Positions 23,801-36,283 of a stretch of DNA of 64,000 bases are shown piece after piece (position 1 is the stretch's first letter; each line of letters begins with the position of its first letter). The notes below the pieces were generated by a model. It searched no databases. It had not been told where the DNA came from and saw only the letters and a program-made list of their open reading frames with translations. Source of the DNA: Raillietiella orientalis (Eukaryota); the NCBI GenBank assembly GCA_036172245.1, contig JAYWIR010000014.1:3844001-3908000 (forward strand). The letters run 5' to 3'. The position numbers were made by a program, and so were the translations under genes.

Positions 23801-26800
23801 ATTACGACTGAGGAAACTTTTTAGTTACTTAATAAAGTATTGTTTACAGAAATTCAAAGTGAGATTTTTCGCGACATTACTTTATTCAAACTCTATCACA
23901 ATTTGTTGTTGTTTTTGAAAAAGTGATGGTTTGAACATTTTGTGCAATCGAAACGAGCATTAGAAATCTTAGAACATTAATTTCACTGACTAAATACTAA
24001 TACTAAGTTCCATAACACATGAGCAGTCTATGATCAGGTGTGGGTGAATAAAAAAATTTTTCATGCGTCCCGAAGATTCAAAGTATTATCTTCACATAAA
24101 TAGTTATGTGAATCTCCTCAAAGTGAAACGTCCTCTTGATTCGGAACAGAAGAATCATACGAGCATTCATGAAATTGGGTATCGAAGAGGACTTTCACAT
24201 GGGAACATCAATTCATCTTTTATGCATGGAATGCAGTTTGTGCAAAGAACTGAAGAGAAATTCGTTAGAATCAGGGACTAACATTTGAAATAGCAGTCAG
24301 TATATCGTATAAGAAAACAGCAGTGATTGGAAACATAGCTAAATATCTGGAGAAAATATTTGCGCTTTCTCCCCAAATCAGAAAATCATTTGTTGAATTG
24401 AATGAATAAATTACCAGATCACTCCTCCCAAAATGTGTATACGGGTCAAATGTACTCGAATTTATAGTCAAGTGAATCTAAGAGTACAAGAGTTTTGAAA
24501 CAGAACAAAGCAGTGATATCGGGGAAAGAAAAACAAAACACAGGCGGTGATAGTTCAGGAAACCATGATCTGACATGAAAATCAGTCCTAATGCTGAAAA
24601 TTTCGACATTTAAAACTTTCAAGCCGGGAACATCGCATTCATAAAATACGATTCATTACATCTGTTACAAATATGATCTCATATTTTATACTTTTAGACT
24701 ATTAAAAGTTTATGGATCTATTTAATTTAACAGGGGAAAAAGTACAGTTATTCACGAATGATAAGCAAAATGATCGCTCACCTCAGTGAGCTCAAGAGAG
24801 ACACTGCAACATTAAAACAGTCAGATGAGGGCATTATATAAACAAGCTTGCCATCTCCTAATTTTCAAATCGTACTTCCGTTCTCTTAAAAGGCTGGTGA
24901 AAAGAAAACCAATAAGAATAAGCAAGAAAGCTGGTGGTCACCGGAATTGATGGCTACCTTTCGCGGCAGAGGCGAAATGTAGAATTCTGAAAATAATGGA
25001 AATTGAAAGCTCAAAATGAAGGAAAGAAGAACACACGCTTTGCAGTCTAACTGATTACTACCGAGGTGCAACATGTGCGAGGTTTGAAAAGACAATAAGC
25101 ACATATGTGGACGTGGTGAAAATACAGAGGAAGCAAATCGATAAGAAAATAGCTTTTTTTGAGTGTTTTTTTTTTTTTTTTTTTTACTCTTCACAAATCA
25201 ATGCAGTAAGAGCAAGTAGGAACCCAGTAGAATCCAAGTTGAAAGATGCTTGGAACGACAAAGTCATTTAAGAATCGTAGCAATCACATAGCAAATCACG
25301 TAGCAATTCATTTTCGGAACTCCATTAAGATATTTGTAAGGAAACTGTGAATACTTTGAGGTTCTTTGGATGCACAGGATGCTTTGGTCTTCTGATTTTC
25401 ATCATCACCATCCAATATTTCAATAATGGTTAGATCCATAACATCAGTAACAATTACCAGCTGGAAAGGTATTAGGTGCTAAATCATCGTTTTACAATGT
25501 CTGGGGATTGATCAATATCTGAGCACACAAATCCTGTCTCGGTCTTTTGGCTAAGATCTAAGATCATAAAAGCTAAAATACTAGAGTGTGTCGTACCGGA
25601 AGGCTAGCTGTCAAATTCATGCTAAAGCTTGAACTAATATGCCAATAGCAATAAATTTGTGATTCCTTTGGGCATTTAACATGCCTACTAAAGCGAAAAT
25701 GATAAGACCACCTCCATAAATTCCATGATTTAACTGAGAAAGAAAGGTATGAATTACAAGGTAGATTATTACACGGTTATGCTTCATGTGGTCAGTAAAG
25801 ACTGATTCTCACTCTGCAAAAAGACTATGGCTATATTCTTCGATATAAGCTACAAATACATGGAGAAACTTGTTTTCTAAAAAAAAAAAAAAAAAAATCG
25901 GAGAACAAAATCATGGCACATTATATTCTCATATCTACAATGTTTTTAGGTTGCACACGGTGTATCCACAGGAATGCATGGGGTGCTAAATTTCCTATAC
26001 AAAGACGTTGTGCTATGGGGACCTCTTTCGGACTTGATAGAATAAGCCATCCTTAGTATGCATTTCATACTGAGAAATGTAATTCTTTACCGCGCAATGT
26101 CGCAGAAAACAAGTCATTCCGAGTAAGTGATAGGGATTTACTATATTCGTTGCGTAACATTGACACACATGATGAACGAACTCGTAATTCCAGTTGCAAT
26201 TTTGCATCTGAATTTTAAATGAATACCTCCCACTCCTTGATAAGCACTGGTAATCTACCTATGACCATGCAGATGTGCACTTCTTAGTTTTTTGCCGGTT
26301 CACTGAATTTTCATTAACGTTTACTGCACAAGAGATGAATAAAAGTGTGTAAAAGCGGGAACCTCGGAACTCATTTTCCTTTTCTTTTTTCAAAAATAAA
26401 TATGTTATTCTCGTTATTTTAAAGATCCTAGTAGGCAACTTTTCGATCCTGCAAAATTGCCGAGTATTTTACGATTTACAAATGTTGTAGCTGAAAAAAA
26501 TTTACCAGTTCGTGCTTATAATCATGCGAGCAAGTTCTCTTAAAATTAACTAGGACCTTTCGTTCAAAAGGGAAGGGAACCTGTGGTGAAATCCAACTCA
26601 AATGACACAACTAAACTTCCCCAACGTTTGTTCAGGAGTTAAACGAAATCTAGATAATTTAACACGTTCGATCAAAATACTATATTGAATTATAGAGGTG
26701 TCAAAACGTGAATTTGTTTTCGGCTTGTGTTTTTGAATGAATAAAAGGTATATCCACTTTCACACCCAAGACCAAAAGGTGTGATAGCTTTGATTTCCGA

Positions 26801-29800
26801 ATAATGAAAATTCAGCTTTTCATTATTTACAAACTCAAACTATACATTTAAATAATCAAAAATTCAGTAATCAGAAAATGTTTTTTTTTTTTTTTTTATG
26901 AACATTTGTCTAATCATTCTAATTTTTCTAAGGTGGTATTGACAAACAGTGTCAGCCAAAAATATTAAACCTCCGACCTGGTAGTAACGCAGCAAGATGT
27001 GACGAGTTAGCAATAGGTGATCATATTATATCTATAAACGGAACAAAAACTTTCAACCTAAGACATGAAGAGATAGTAAATCTTCTTAAGAATGCTGGCA
27101 ACAAGATCGTATTGGGTATAGAATATGTGGTTCCATGTCTTCGTAAGTAGATTCATGGTAATCTTGAAAGAATGAGATCACAGACTATGTGATTTAAAAC
27201 TCATGCATTCTAGATGCTCCTAATTTAACTAATAAAATAATGGAGTTGTTGTGTAGTTTATCATTATAGTTGTGCACGCTTGGTTGAAAATGCTCGTTCA
27301 CATATAACGGAAATAGTTTGGGTCACACACGCTTGCATTCCTTGGAATATTTGTTTATTCGTAAATTGTTTTTCTTCTGGCGAATCCATGAAATCACGCC
27401 TTCTTCTTAGCTTCTTTCTTGAGACATCCATTTCTTGTATCGAATCGATTATCAATACAATGAACACATTGGGAATGCCCGCAGTGGGAATCTTTGGGAG
27501 CACGTGTTGTGCATCCTCGTTGTGTTTTTTCAATAGGAAAAGCAAATCACTATTGAAGGGTCCTCATAGCATTCGATACGTCAAATTTGACATCCGCCTC
27601 AAATTTTAAGGTGTTCGGCCTTAATCTAATGCAACTGCAGCTTAAATGCAATGGCCAATTTCAGTACTGAGACATGATTTTTAATACTCCTTTCCTTTTT
27701 TTTTTTTTTTTTTAATGAAACTGAGCATAACTTTTTCATTTTGTATTTAAAGTTGCCTTTGTTCACTGCTGCCACTTGCTTTGCGATGATTCGTTGAAGA
27801 TTAGGGGGAAGTTTGAAGGTGCTCTAACATGATGCTTTGTCAGCATGGATGCTGTGCACTTATCCGAAATGCGATAGAAGGTGTCGGACAATCTGTATTT
27901 CAAATGTTTGTTCGGATGCTCGATTTTCAAATTCGATTTTTATGGCAATTTCCATCTTATCATCTGAAGTACGACATCCAAAAAATCATTTCGCGTGCAA
28001 CTTCCAGTACAACCTTGTTGCGACGTGTATCAATGTGAAAACTGAAATGTACACTTAATTTAACAAGCATAATTCACATTTCTATTGAAATAACTAGTTT
28101 AAATTTGATATAAATATATGATGGATTTTCGATGTTCTACAGTAAAGTTAAATTCGTCTCTTTTATAGCTTGAATGTGACATGGAAAAAAGACATCGATG
28201 ATCACGATGAAACCTTTGCCATTAATTTGAAATTATATAAAGCTGCGTGCCTGGATACTCTCGGGTTCTCCATAGTGGTAGAATGGAGTGTACACTTGGA
28301 AAAGAGTAGACTTGGAAAAGTGACTAATTGTAAATGGAATGAGGAAGTCATAGTGTGTGCACTTGATCACTAGTGTATGAATCTCATCATTGAGCAGCCC
28401 TTCTTTTCAATCGGTTTTTTTCGTTCTATGAGCGTGTCTCGAACGAGACATGCACGGCGCATACCGTAATATCTCAATCGGTATGTTGGTTTCTGTCCAT
28501 ACGATAGAGTAGCATTTTCATCCGTATGAAAAGGTTTTCTTAGGATGAGGCTTTAACTTGAACTACTTGTCAAAAACCATCTGAGCGTTTGAAAACTTGA
28601 ATTTGATTGTTCCACTAAATTTTCGTCTAATGCGGTTGCTTATATTTCGTACTATCATCTTCTACTCAATTAATTCTTCTCTGCACTTCTGCGAGTGCTT
28701 CTTAGCACTTGAATTCTTTAGCATACCTTGATCTGGTTTTCTTTCCTATCATTTCTCAACTAGCAAGTTGCAGCGGCCAAGTGAGTTTGCCAATTTGCTG
28801 CATTTTTCAATTTCTTAGATGTGCCAAGTTCGCACAACGGAAAGCTTAGGAAACAGTAGAATAATTTGCGAAGATTCTTTTTGCTCTTGCTTTTTTCTCT
28901 TTGATCATCGGATCAGTTAGATCATTATCTCACACGAGAAAACTGGGGGATCATGTTGGTTTGGATCCCGTTCTTATCTCTTAAATTCTTATACAGGAAT
29001 TCAAGGATTCAGGAATTGTTTTCAAATCGAATTCAGTCAAATTATTTCTCACACGACGGATAAAATACGAATTGTTTTTCCATGTCGAAAGATTTCTGAA
29101 GTGTGCTGCAGAAAATTTCTGATTTTCTATCTTGTTTATGGATGCATTTCGATATATTAATTTCTCCTTCCAGCTAGCTTTTTTTTTTTAAAGGTTTCCT
29201 TATCGCCTCTTTGCCCATCTTGAGAATACTTTCAAATGCCAATCATTATATAAAGTTGTCCTATGCTTGTGTTCTCATTTGGCAGTCGACTTTGAGTTTC
29301 AAGGACGAAATATCATCAAGCTCATGATTTTAGTTTTTTTTTTGTTTATTGTTATTATCATCATCATCAAATCCCCAGCTCTGTTGGTTCCAATTTCGTG
29401 AAATGTTTTCGGTGATTCTGTTTACAATTAAGACAATTCTTTTTGGGAATTGTCCTTTTTTTTTTTTAACAATATATTCTGCATGGCTAGTTGATTGTAA
29501 TCTACTTTCGGTAATATTTTTATCTATTTGGAATATTCGTGATTGCCGAGCTTTTGATTTACTTACAAATCTCTTCGCGGTCATTCGTTCTCATTAATCT
29601 CAATTCTGCGCATCCACCAGTGGAAAATGGCTCAGTGCATCTCCTAACCCATACCAAGCATTAATGATCGTTCCGTTTATCTTCGTATGCTGTAACAAAA
29701 CCAAAGGCTTCAATCCCATCTTTCTCTGAACATCTGAACCGAAGAATGCATTCTCATTTTTGCAATTGAGCCGCATATGGCTCCTCTCACAGCTACTCAG

Positions 29801-32800
29801 CAAAGTCTGCGCTCTATTATTGATGATACAATGATGCTCAAGTTTTCGAAAAACTTTTGTATTTCTATTCATTTCCCATTCCTTCATTTCAAAACGAACT
29901 CGACACACAGAGTGAGTGCAAGTCATTTAAAATCAGTTCATTCTCCTAAATTTTTAGTTATCAGCAGATGCCATTAGAAGAATTCTAGAATTGTCAAACC
30001 TTTAAAATTGTGCTCTAGTGTTCGGGTTCCCCAATTGCCCAAAGCTAACGTTTTTTCCTCAAACACTCCGCGCAGCATCCGAGAAAACGAGAAAAAAAAA
30101 TATTTTTCCTCGACTAAGAAACACTTGCAGCTCTATTTTGATTGGTTTATTTAAGTACATGTTCATGAGCATGAAAGTGTTTTCTTGGACTTTGCTGAGG
30201 ACTTTTATTTATGCTTTATCTATGTAGTAAAACATCTCCATGGCAGAGATTCTTTCATCCGTAATATATTTTATTACGTGATGTTTCAATGGATGTAGAG
30301 ACACAGACATCCCTGTGCAAACCGAAGCGAAAAGGATCCTGTTGTTCACTCTTAAAACAGAAAGCATCGAGTCCCTTCGCAGAACGAATGCCGCCTCTAT
30401 GTGAATATGTGTGCTTCTATGCAATAGGCGAATTCAATTAAGGGATACATGTCCGCCATAATTATTTACACTTTCGACGGTGATTTCACATTTAGCGCAA
30501 GGCTTTTCCTTTATGAGTGTCCTTCTATACTTCGGTTTTCTCCTTTGAGATTCTCCTCCTGGTGCACCTGGAAATGGAATGCTTGACCTATTCCGAATGG
30601 AGATTCATTCTCGGTCTGCACTTTCAGAATCATCACTCACGGGACGAATTAATCAGAGAGCTCACACGAGAAATTACTTTTACGAGGTTTTAAAATAAAA
30701 AAATAATAATAAAACGAAAAAGGAATGTTACCACTGCGAGTTTTCACCTTGCATCGTCTGCTTACAACGAAATGTCTGTCTTTTCAAGATCCCCAATCCA
30801 TTCCAAAATATGAATTTCAGCTTGTTTAGAAGGCTTTTCCTTTTCTCACCCATTACTCATGACTCCTATTATTTCAGTAACTGAAAATACGGAATCATAT
30901 CACGAATGTTTTCCTCTAAGATTTATTTCTTATGCTTTATGATCCGATGAAAAACAACTTCATGACCGTGCACTGATACATTTCGGCAGTTATTTTTGCT
31001 GTTATTCTGAAGGGTGTGTCTTTCTGAGGGGACATTTTCATTTCTTCGGCCAAAAAAAAAAAACATGCCTAAAATATGTGAATTATGCTAATTGAGCTTG
31101 ATGCATTTTTTTAAATTTATAAATTTTAAAATAACTTTCAACTTGAAAGCTTCAGAGGATTGCAGCAGCACTTGCACTCGAACCTTGAAAGTTACTCTAC
31201 AAAAACACAACAACAGCTTCGGATTCGTGTTGCGTGGAGGACGACAACTTGTTGAGCCGAATAAATCACGTCCATTTCGTGTTGTGTACATCCAAGCAGA
31301 AGGACCAACTGAAAAGTAAGTTGTCGGAACCGCTCGAAGAAACTGAATGTGTTAAACTAGGGAGGGGAGTCTGCAAGCCGGCGATCGTATTCTAAGCATA
31401 AATGGAACTTCTCTCTCTAATTATACTATGAAGGAAGTCAGACTTACACTGAACGCTATCAACCAGGCTACTTTGATAGTAGAGTACGATGTTAACGTAA
31501 TGAGAACAGTGAGAGGATCATCTGGATCACTTTTAGTCGAACTATCTCGACCTTCTACTGGAGATCTTGGTCTTAAGTTAGCACAGTCTTCACATGAACG
31601 TTCACTTGTTATTATTGAAAGCATACGTCCTGGAAGTGCAGCCGATCGTTGTGGAGGATTATGTGTTGGAGATTGTTTGCTCGCAATAGATGATTTTCGT
31701 CTTGCGGGCCGTAGTTATTTGGATGCTATGGACTTCCTCGAATCACGTGGGAATGACGTGTTTCGCTTCGAAATTTACCCTGTGAACGAAACGGGGAGGC
31801 TGCCTTCATCAGACGCAGCGCTCGTCAATGGTAAATTTGAACCAAAGCACCAAAAAATGCTAATGTGCAACATGTGCTCAGAACAACCATCGCCCTCGTT
31901 GGATTTGCGAGCGTATCGGCGATTCAGAGAAAACGTGAGGGCTCGATTCGATTCCAGCAGCACGTTAGCCTCCTATCGTGATGGACACGGCCAGTCTGTA
32001 CCACGTTTGTTGTTAACTGAGCAGCGACTGCACTCTGGTATGAAGCGTTGTCGCATAGTTTGATTATGAGATACGAGCAGCTGCATTAGTCAAAACGCCT
32101 TTTCGGTGCGATACTCCAGTTGAGAGGCGCGAGACCACTACTTTCAAATTACATTCCTGCGATGAATGCGCATTTGGCTTGGGGGTCGATGTGTACGATC
32201 ACCAAGTTCCCGTCATAGTATCCATCGATCCGGGAAGTCCTGCAGACAGGATAGGTTGCGTGGAAACGGGAGACAGAATACTGGCATTCAACGGTCACCG
32301 TTCCCAAGAAATGACTGCAGAAGAAATCCTGAAAGTGCTGTGCAGTGGGAAAGAGCTTTTGCTCCAGATCGAATTTAGCGTAACAGAATCTGTAATACCC
32401 TCGAGTGGTGTGTTCGTCGTCAGGATACCTAATCGCCCTTACAGAGGATTGGGAATTAATTTCGGGCGCTTGAAGCAGAAGCGAAACAACAATTATCTCG
32501 TTATCGAGAGCATTTCTCCCGGCTCCGCTGCTCACAGGATGGGGAGCCTTGCTCCAGGAGATCAGGTGTTATCTATCAATGGAGTCAGTACATGCAATTG
32601 CAGTGTAGAAGACGCAGCGACTCTGATGACAAAATCGGCTCATGTAGTTGAATTACGTATACAAAAAGACGACACTTTCTCAGGTTGGTAGATGGCAGCG
32701 CGGTAACGTACTTATGGCATTGCACGTACGTTAAGACGATTCCAACGAAAATGTAGTTTACACAGTGGAGTTGGCTCGCTACAGCAGCCCTCTAGGTGTA

Positions 32801-33904
32801 ACCATCACAGGAAATGAGGAGCATTTTGACCCTATCGTCATCTCTGCAATAATTGAAGGAGGCCTAGCTCACCGAACCGGTGCTCTTCACGTCGGTGACC
32901 GTATTCTAGCAGTAAATGGTCACTCTCTGAGGGGAATGAGTCTTTCGGATGCAGTCAAACTGCTGAAAGAAGAGAGTGATGTCATTTCTTTGAAAATCGG
33001 TAGACCCTCTGTGCGTACGTGAGTCCTATTTGACCACAGGACGTTTGAAAGTGTTTTGAAAGGCGGGAAATGCAAGATTTCGTCCGTTGACAGTGCAGTC
33101 GAGTCGTGGGATAGCTGTGGACTGAATACTTCTCGAACGAAGGTGTTCTGGGACAATGACATGCACCAAAGCGTCGCCTGCACCGAGAGGATATTCCAAT
33201 GGAGCCGAGATTCAGTCGGCTGCAGCCCGCATTCAAGTAAGAAATCCCACCCACCCCCTGCGCTCCTAATACGGTGTTCAAGGTATATGTGATTACGAAA
33301 GAGACTGGCCGCATGCGCCAAGTGATTTAGGCACGGCCGGAAAGCTACCATACACAACTATTCAAGATGAGAATCCGGATAACAAAGGTACGATATTGTC
33401 AGCATATCTTTGCAAAGCACATCTCCTAGAACTCTACGAAGACCCGTCGACTAGCGATGCTGTGCAAGTAGAGAATCAAACTCCATTTCAGATATTTCGG
33501 GTCACTTTGCATAAAGACAAGGTATATGAAGATTTTGGTTTCAGTATTTCCGACGCTATCTACGAACGCGGCGTGTACGTGAACCGGATTCGTCCAGGAG
33601 GCCCAGCCGATAAGACTGCGGCCCTGCGACCTTACGATCGAATAATTCAGGTACTCCGGACGATGATGGTAGTTATAACCGGATACCTCAGGTGAACGAT
33701 GTTTGTACTCGTAACCTGGAATGCTGTATGACAGTGCCTTTGATAGCAGCCGCTGGGGATCGTATTGTGTTGTTGCTAGAAAGAAGCAGATATTTGACCT
33801 ACAGGCCTTCCTTGAGAAACACGTCTACCAGGTTGGCTTGGGAAGACGAGGACGACGAACCTGTTATGGCCTTAAGCAAGGTTATGCTAACCATGACATT
33901 GTGA
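20878..33904 (+). CDS. Grip: Glutamate receptor-interacting protein (GRIP1/2-like), 7-PDZ scaffold; 5' end incomplete, ~890 aa recovered
   Basis: Exons 20878-20946, 26933-27142, 31150-31315, 31361-31830, 31882-32037, 32081-32683, 32736-33014, 33063-33236, 33283-33387, 33430-33650, 33692-33904 (33014/33063 junction ambiguous). PDZ1 LGLIIAGGIDK...LRHEEIVNLLKNAG; PDZ6 YTVELARYSSPLGVTITGNEEHFDPIVIS; linker SVDSAVESWDS; PDZ7 VTLHKDKVYEDFGFSISD; C-terminal TMTL. Confidence 0.93.
25531..25566 (+). pseudogene. U2: Fragment of the U2 snRNA 5' end in a GRIP intron
   Basis: ATCCTGTCTCGGTCTTTTGGCTAAGATC versus recalled U2 nt 1-28 ATCGCTTCTCGGCCTTTTGGCTAAGATC (24/28), then a duplicated TAAGATC. The rest of U2 is absent. 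Confidence 0.65.
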
Positions 33905-33917
33905 TTGATGATTTTTC

Positions 33918-33923
33918 AATAAA
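33918..33923 (+). terminator. AATAAA polyadenylation signal of GRIP
   Basis: Canonical hexamer 14 nt after the GRIP stop. Confidence 0.6.
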
Positions 33924-33933
33924 TGCGTTTATC

Positions 33934-34399
33934 TCATTTGTCCATGCTTGTATTAAGTGAAGTATTCCTGTACATGCCTGACTTGCGGAGATTTTCCGTG
34001 AACTCTGTTGACAAGCCATAATAGCACCATGGAAGATTGTAGATGGTAGGCGGATAACGACCGTAATCACGATTAGTTGTGCGAAAGAGCATGTTTTGAG
34101 CTGGTTTCCCATAATGTCCCGTCTTAGGCAACCCTGATAAAGGAGAAGATATCAATGCTCAACAAATTTCTCTGTGAAGTCCGAAAATATCTCAATAAAG
34201 GTAAAGGAAAAAAAGAAAAAGAAAAAAAAAACGTACTTTTCTCAGCATCTAGCAGTGGGAAGCACTTTCCTTTCTCATCTGTTGGTTCGGCCTTTTTACT
34301 AAGTGCTTGGTGATGAATTAGTTTCCACTGTATGTATTCGGCTTCCAACTTCTTCAAAGCACGCAATTCTTCACTGTTTCCAGTTGTTGACCAATTCAT
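33934..34399 (-). CDS. PIERCE1/2: PIERCE1/PIERCE2-family (C9orf116/C15orf65-like) axonemal microtubule inner protein, 120 aa
   Basis: Exons 34399-34237 and 34133-33934 (phase-1 GT-AG intron, 103 nt). C-terminal LFRTTNRDYGRYPPTIYNLPWCYYGLSTEFTENLRKSGMYRNTSLNTSMDK fits the recalled family pattern YRTS/T...YG..PPT....P..F....F...L...GM(Y/F)RN.SLNT..DK. Confidence 0.85.
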
Positions 34400-34576
34400 T
34401 TCTCACTTAACCTATAACCATGCCCTTGAATAAACACGTGAGCAAAACACAGTTCAATAATTTAGGACTGCACTCTATAAAGGGTGCACTTTTTTTTTCT
34501 TCTTCAAAGAGGATTGCCATTTGTAACAAACCATCAATTTTGCTACAAGAAAGAGGAAGTTTATTCGATAGTCGTC

Positions 34577-34591
34577 GTTGCCCCTGGAAAC
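34577..34591. promoter_or_regulatory. RFX X-box upstream of the PIERCE gene
   Basis: GTTGCCCCTGGAAAC ~180 bp upstream of the ATG; forkhead-type ATAAACA at 34430-34436. Confidence 0.65.
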
Positions 34592-34607
34592 GCGGTGTAT
34601 TTTCAAG

Positions 34608-34887
34608 ATCTCTAGCATCAGTCGCGTAAAAGTTCCAATACAGTCTGAAGAAATTCAAGGAATACGTTGACGACCCTGGACCGCCGCTGGCACTGTCCAA
34701 TGACTAGATCCAACAATGTGCCCTTGACCCAAACGGCGACGAGCTATCCCAAGCACAGCACCCGACGCTGTCGGACATTCGTCAACGCAACGGCGGACGA
34801 GAGGAGGAGGTGGGATCTTTCACTACCACTGGACCTGGATTTGGAGATGCTGCTAATCGACATGATCACGCGTCGGATGAAATGTGA
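34608..34887 (+). pseudogene. Possible decayed terminal exon of an unidentified gene
   Basis: GC-elevated patch after TTTTCAAG reads SLASVA*KFQYSLKKFKEYVDDPGPPLALSND*IQQCALDPNGDELSQ...DEM*, with stops at 34627 and 34705. Confidence 0.25.
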
Positions 34888-36263
34888 GACCCAACGCTGA
34901 ATCCACAACTTTCTGTATGTGATGCAGAGAAAAGAATCTTCTTGCTCCTACGGTCCCTATTTTTAAAGCATCCGCATCCTCTTCAGGATGCGCCGCCTAG
35001 GAGAGTGTTTCTTTCGAAACAGGCGTTCGATTGATTCGTTTTTCACAGTACTCACCCATCAAGCAGTTTGTACATTTGAAATTTAACCCCTTGCACACCA
35101 AATTTGAAAGCAACCCTGCAAAGGGTAAGTTCAGCATGCATCCTTAAAAAAATGCCGAAACAGGTATTGCGTTCCAAGAAAATAATAAAGTCCCAAGAAA
35201 AGAAAATAATGAAGCCGACTGTTTAGGCACAAGTATTCGTGTGGAAATGACTTGGAGCAAAAAGATGCAGCTGCAATACCGCGACAGGACCAAAACATTG
35301 AAAAGATCGAATCAAAGGCGCATGATGCGGTTCACAAAGAGCGTATTAAAAACAAAAAACACACTATGTAACGCACAATTTACTGTATTCGTTGTCGTAG
35401 ACGTTGTGTTCTTCTTTACCACAGCCCCTGATAGTTAATGGAAAAGAGAACCATTTGCATTATGGCTTGATTAGAGGTAATGTGCCACTTATGATGATTA
35501 CCTACATTCCTATACATACGGGTGGATGTCTTTTCGAGTCGTTTATACAGAAAAAAAAAAAATTTGTTTGGTGGAAACACCGAAGTGCCTTGCAAGGGCC
35601 GTCACTGAGAAAACGGATCATCGTGATGGAAACACCCAAGGTACAACTCGCGATAGTGAGAATGAACCCAGACTTATATTTTTTTTTTTTTTTTTTCCTC
35701 CCAAAAGTAAACAGTGGCTACTTAAGAAAAGCAGCGAATGTAAGTGCAATGTATTTCCGTAATCCCCGTAACTCATAATTACCTTTTGGTCAATAAGGGC
35801 ACCTGAAAGGAAACTGCAACCGAACGGAGAGACCGCGGGGAAGGGGGAACCACCGAGGAGGGGTGAAACAAACGTGGCAACTGAACTCTCGAATTTGACT
35901 CCCACTTGCAAGGCTGAACAGCACAGGCAAAGGCAACAACGAAAGAAGGGCGAACAACGCTCTGTTCCGAAAGAACAAGCGAAAGAGCTGCCTCGCCGAC
36001 CGACGTGCTTTCCCACGCGGAGATTTGCGGACGACGGCACGAACGGCTGCAACGACCCGAAGCACGGAAAAATTTCCATCCAACCGATGCCGTCCAGCAG
36101 CTTCCACGGAAACAAACAAATAACCTGAGACGCAGGCTGAGGAAAGAAAGTTCGAAAGAGGCGAAAAGGAGCCGAAAATTTTGCATCAAGCGGTGGACTT
36201 GGGCGTGTTTGGCCTCATTTCGGCAGGGAAATTCCGTGCCAAGGAAAGTGACAGCGGCAAGCG

Positions 36264-36283
36264 CGGGCAAAAATTTTTGCCCG
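36264..36283. repeat. Perfect 20-bp palindrome CGGGCAAAAATTTTTGCCCG
   Basis: Self reverse-complementary, within a CpG-rich patch. Confidence 0.85.

Noticed and set aside
11530..34887. TAA/TAG reassignment to Gln (four genes end in TGA; several protein-like frames broken by TAA/TAG)
   Set aside because: Over 2500 codons in the five conserved genes contain no in-frame TAA/TAG despite many CAA/CAG.
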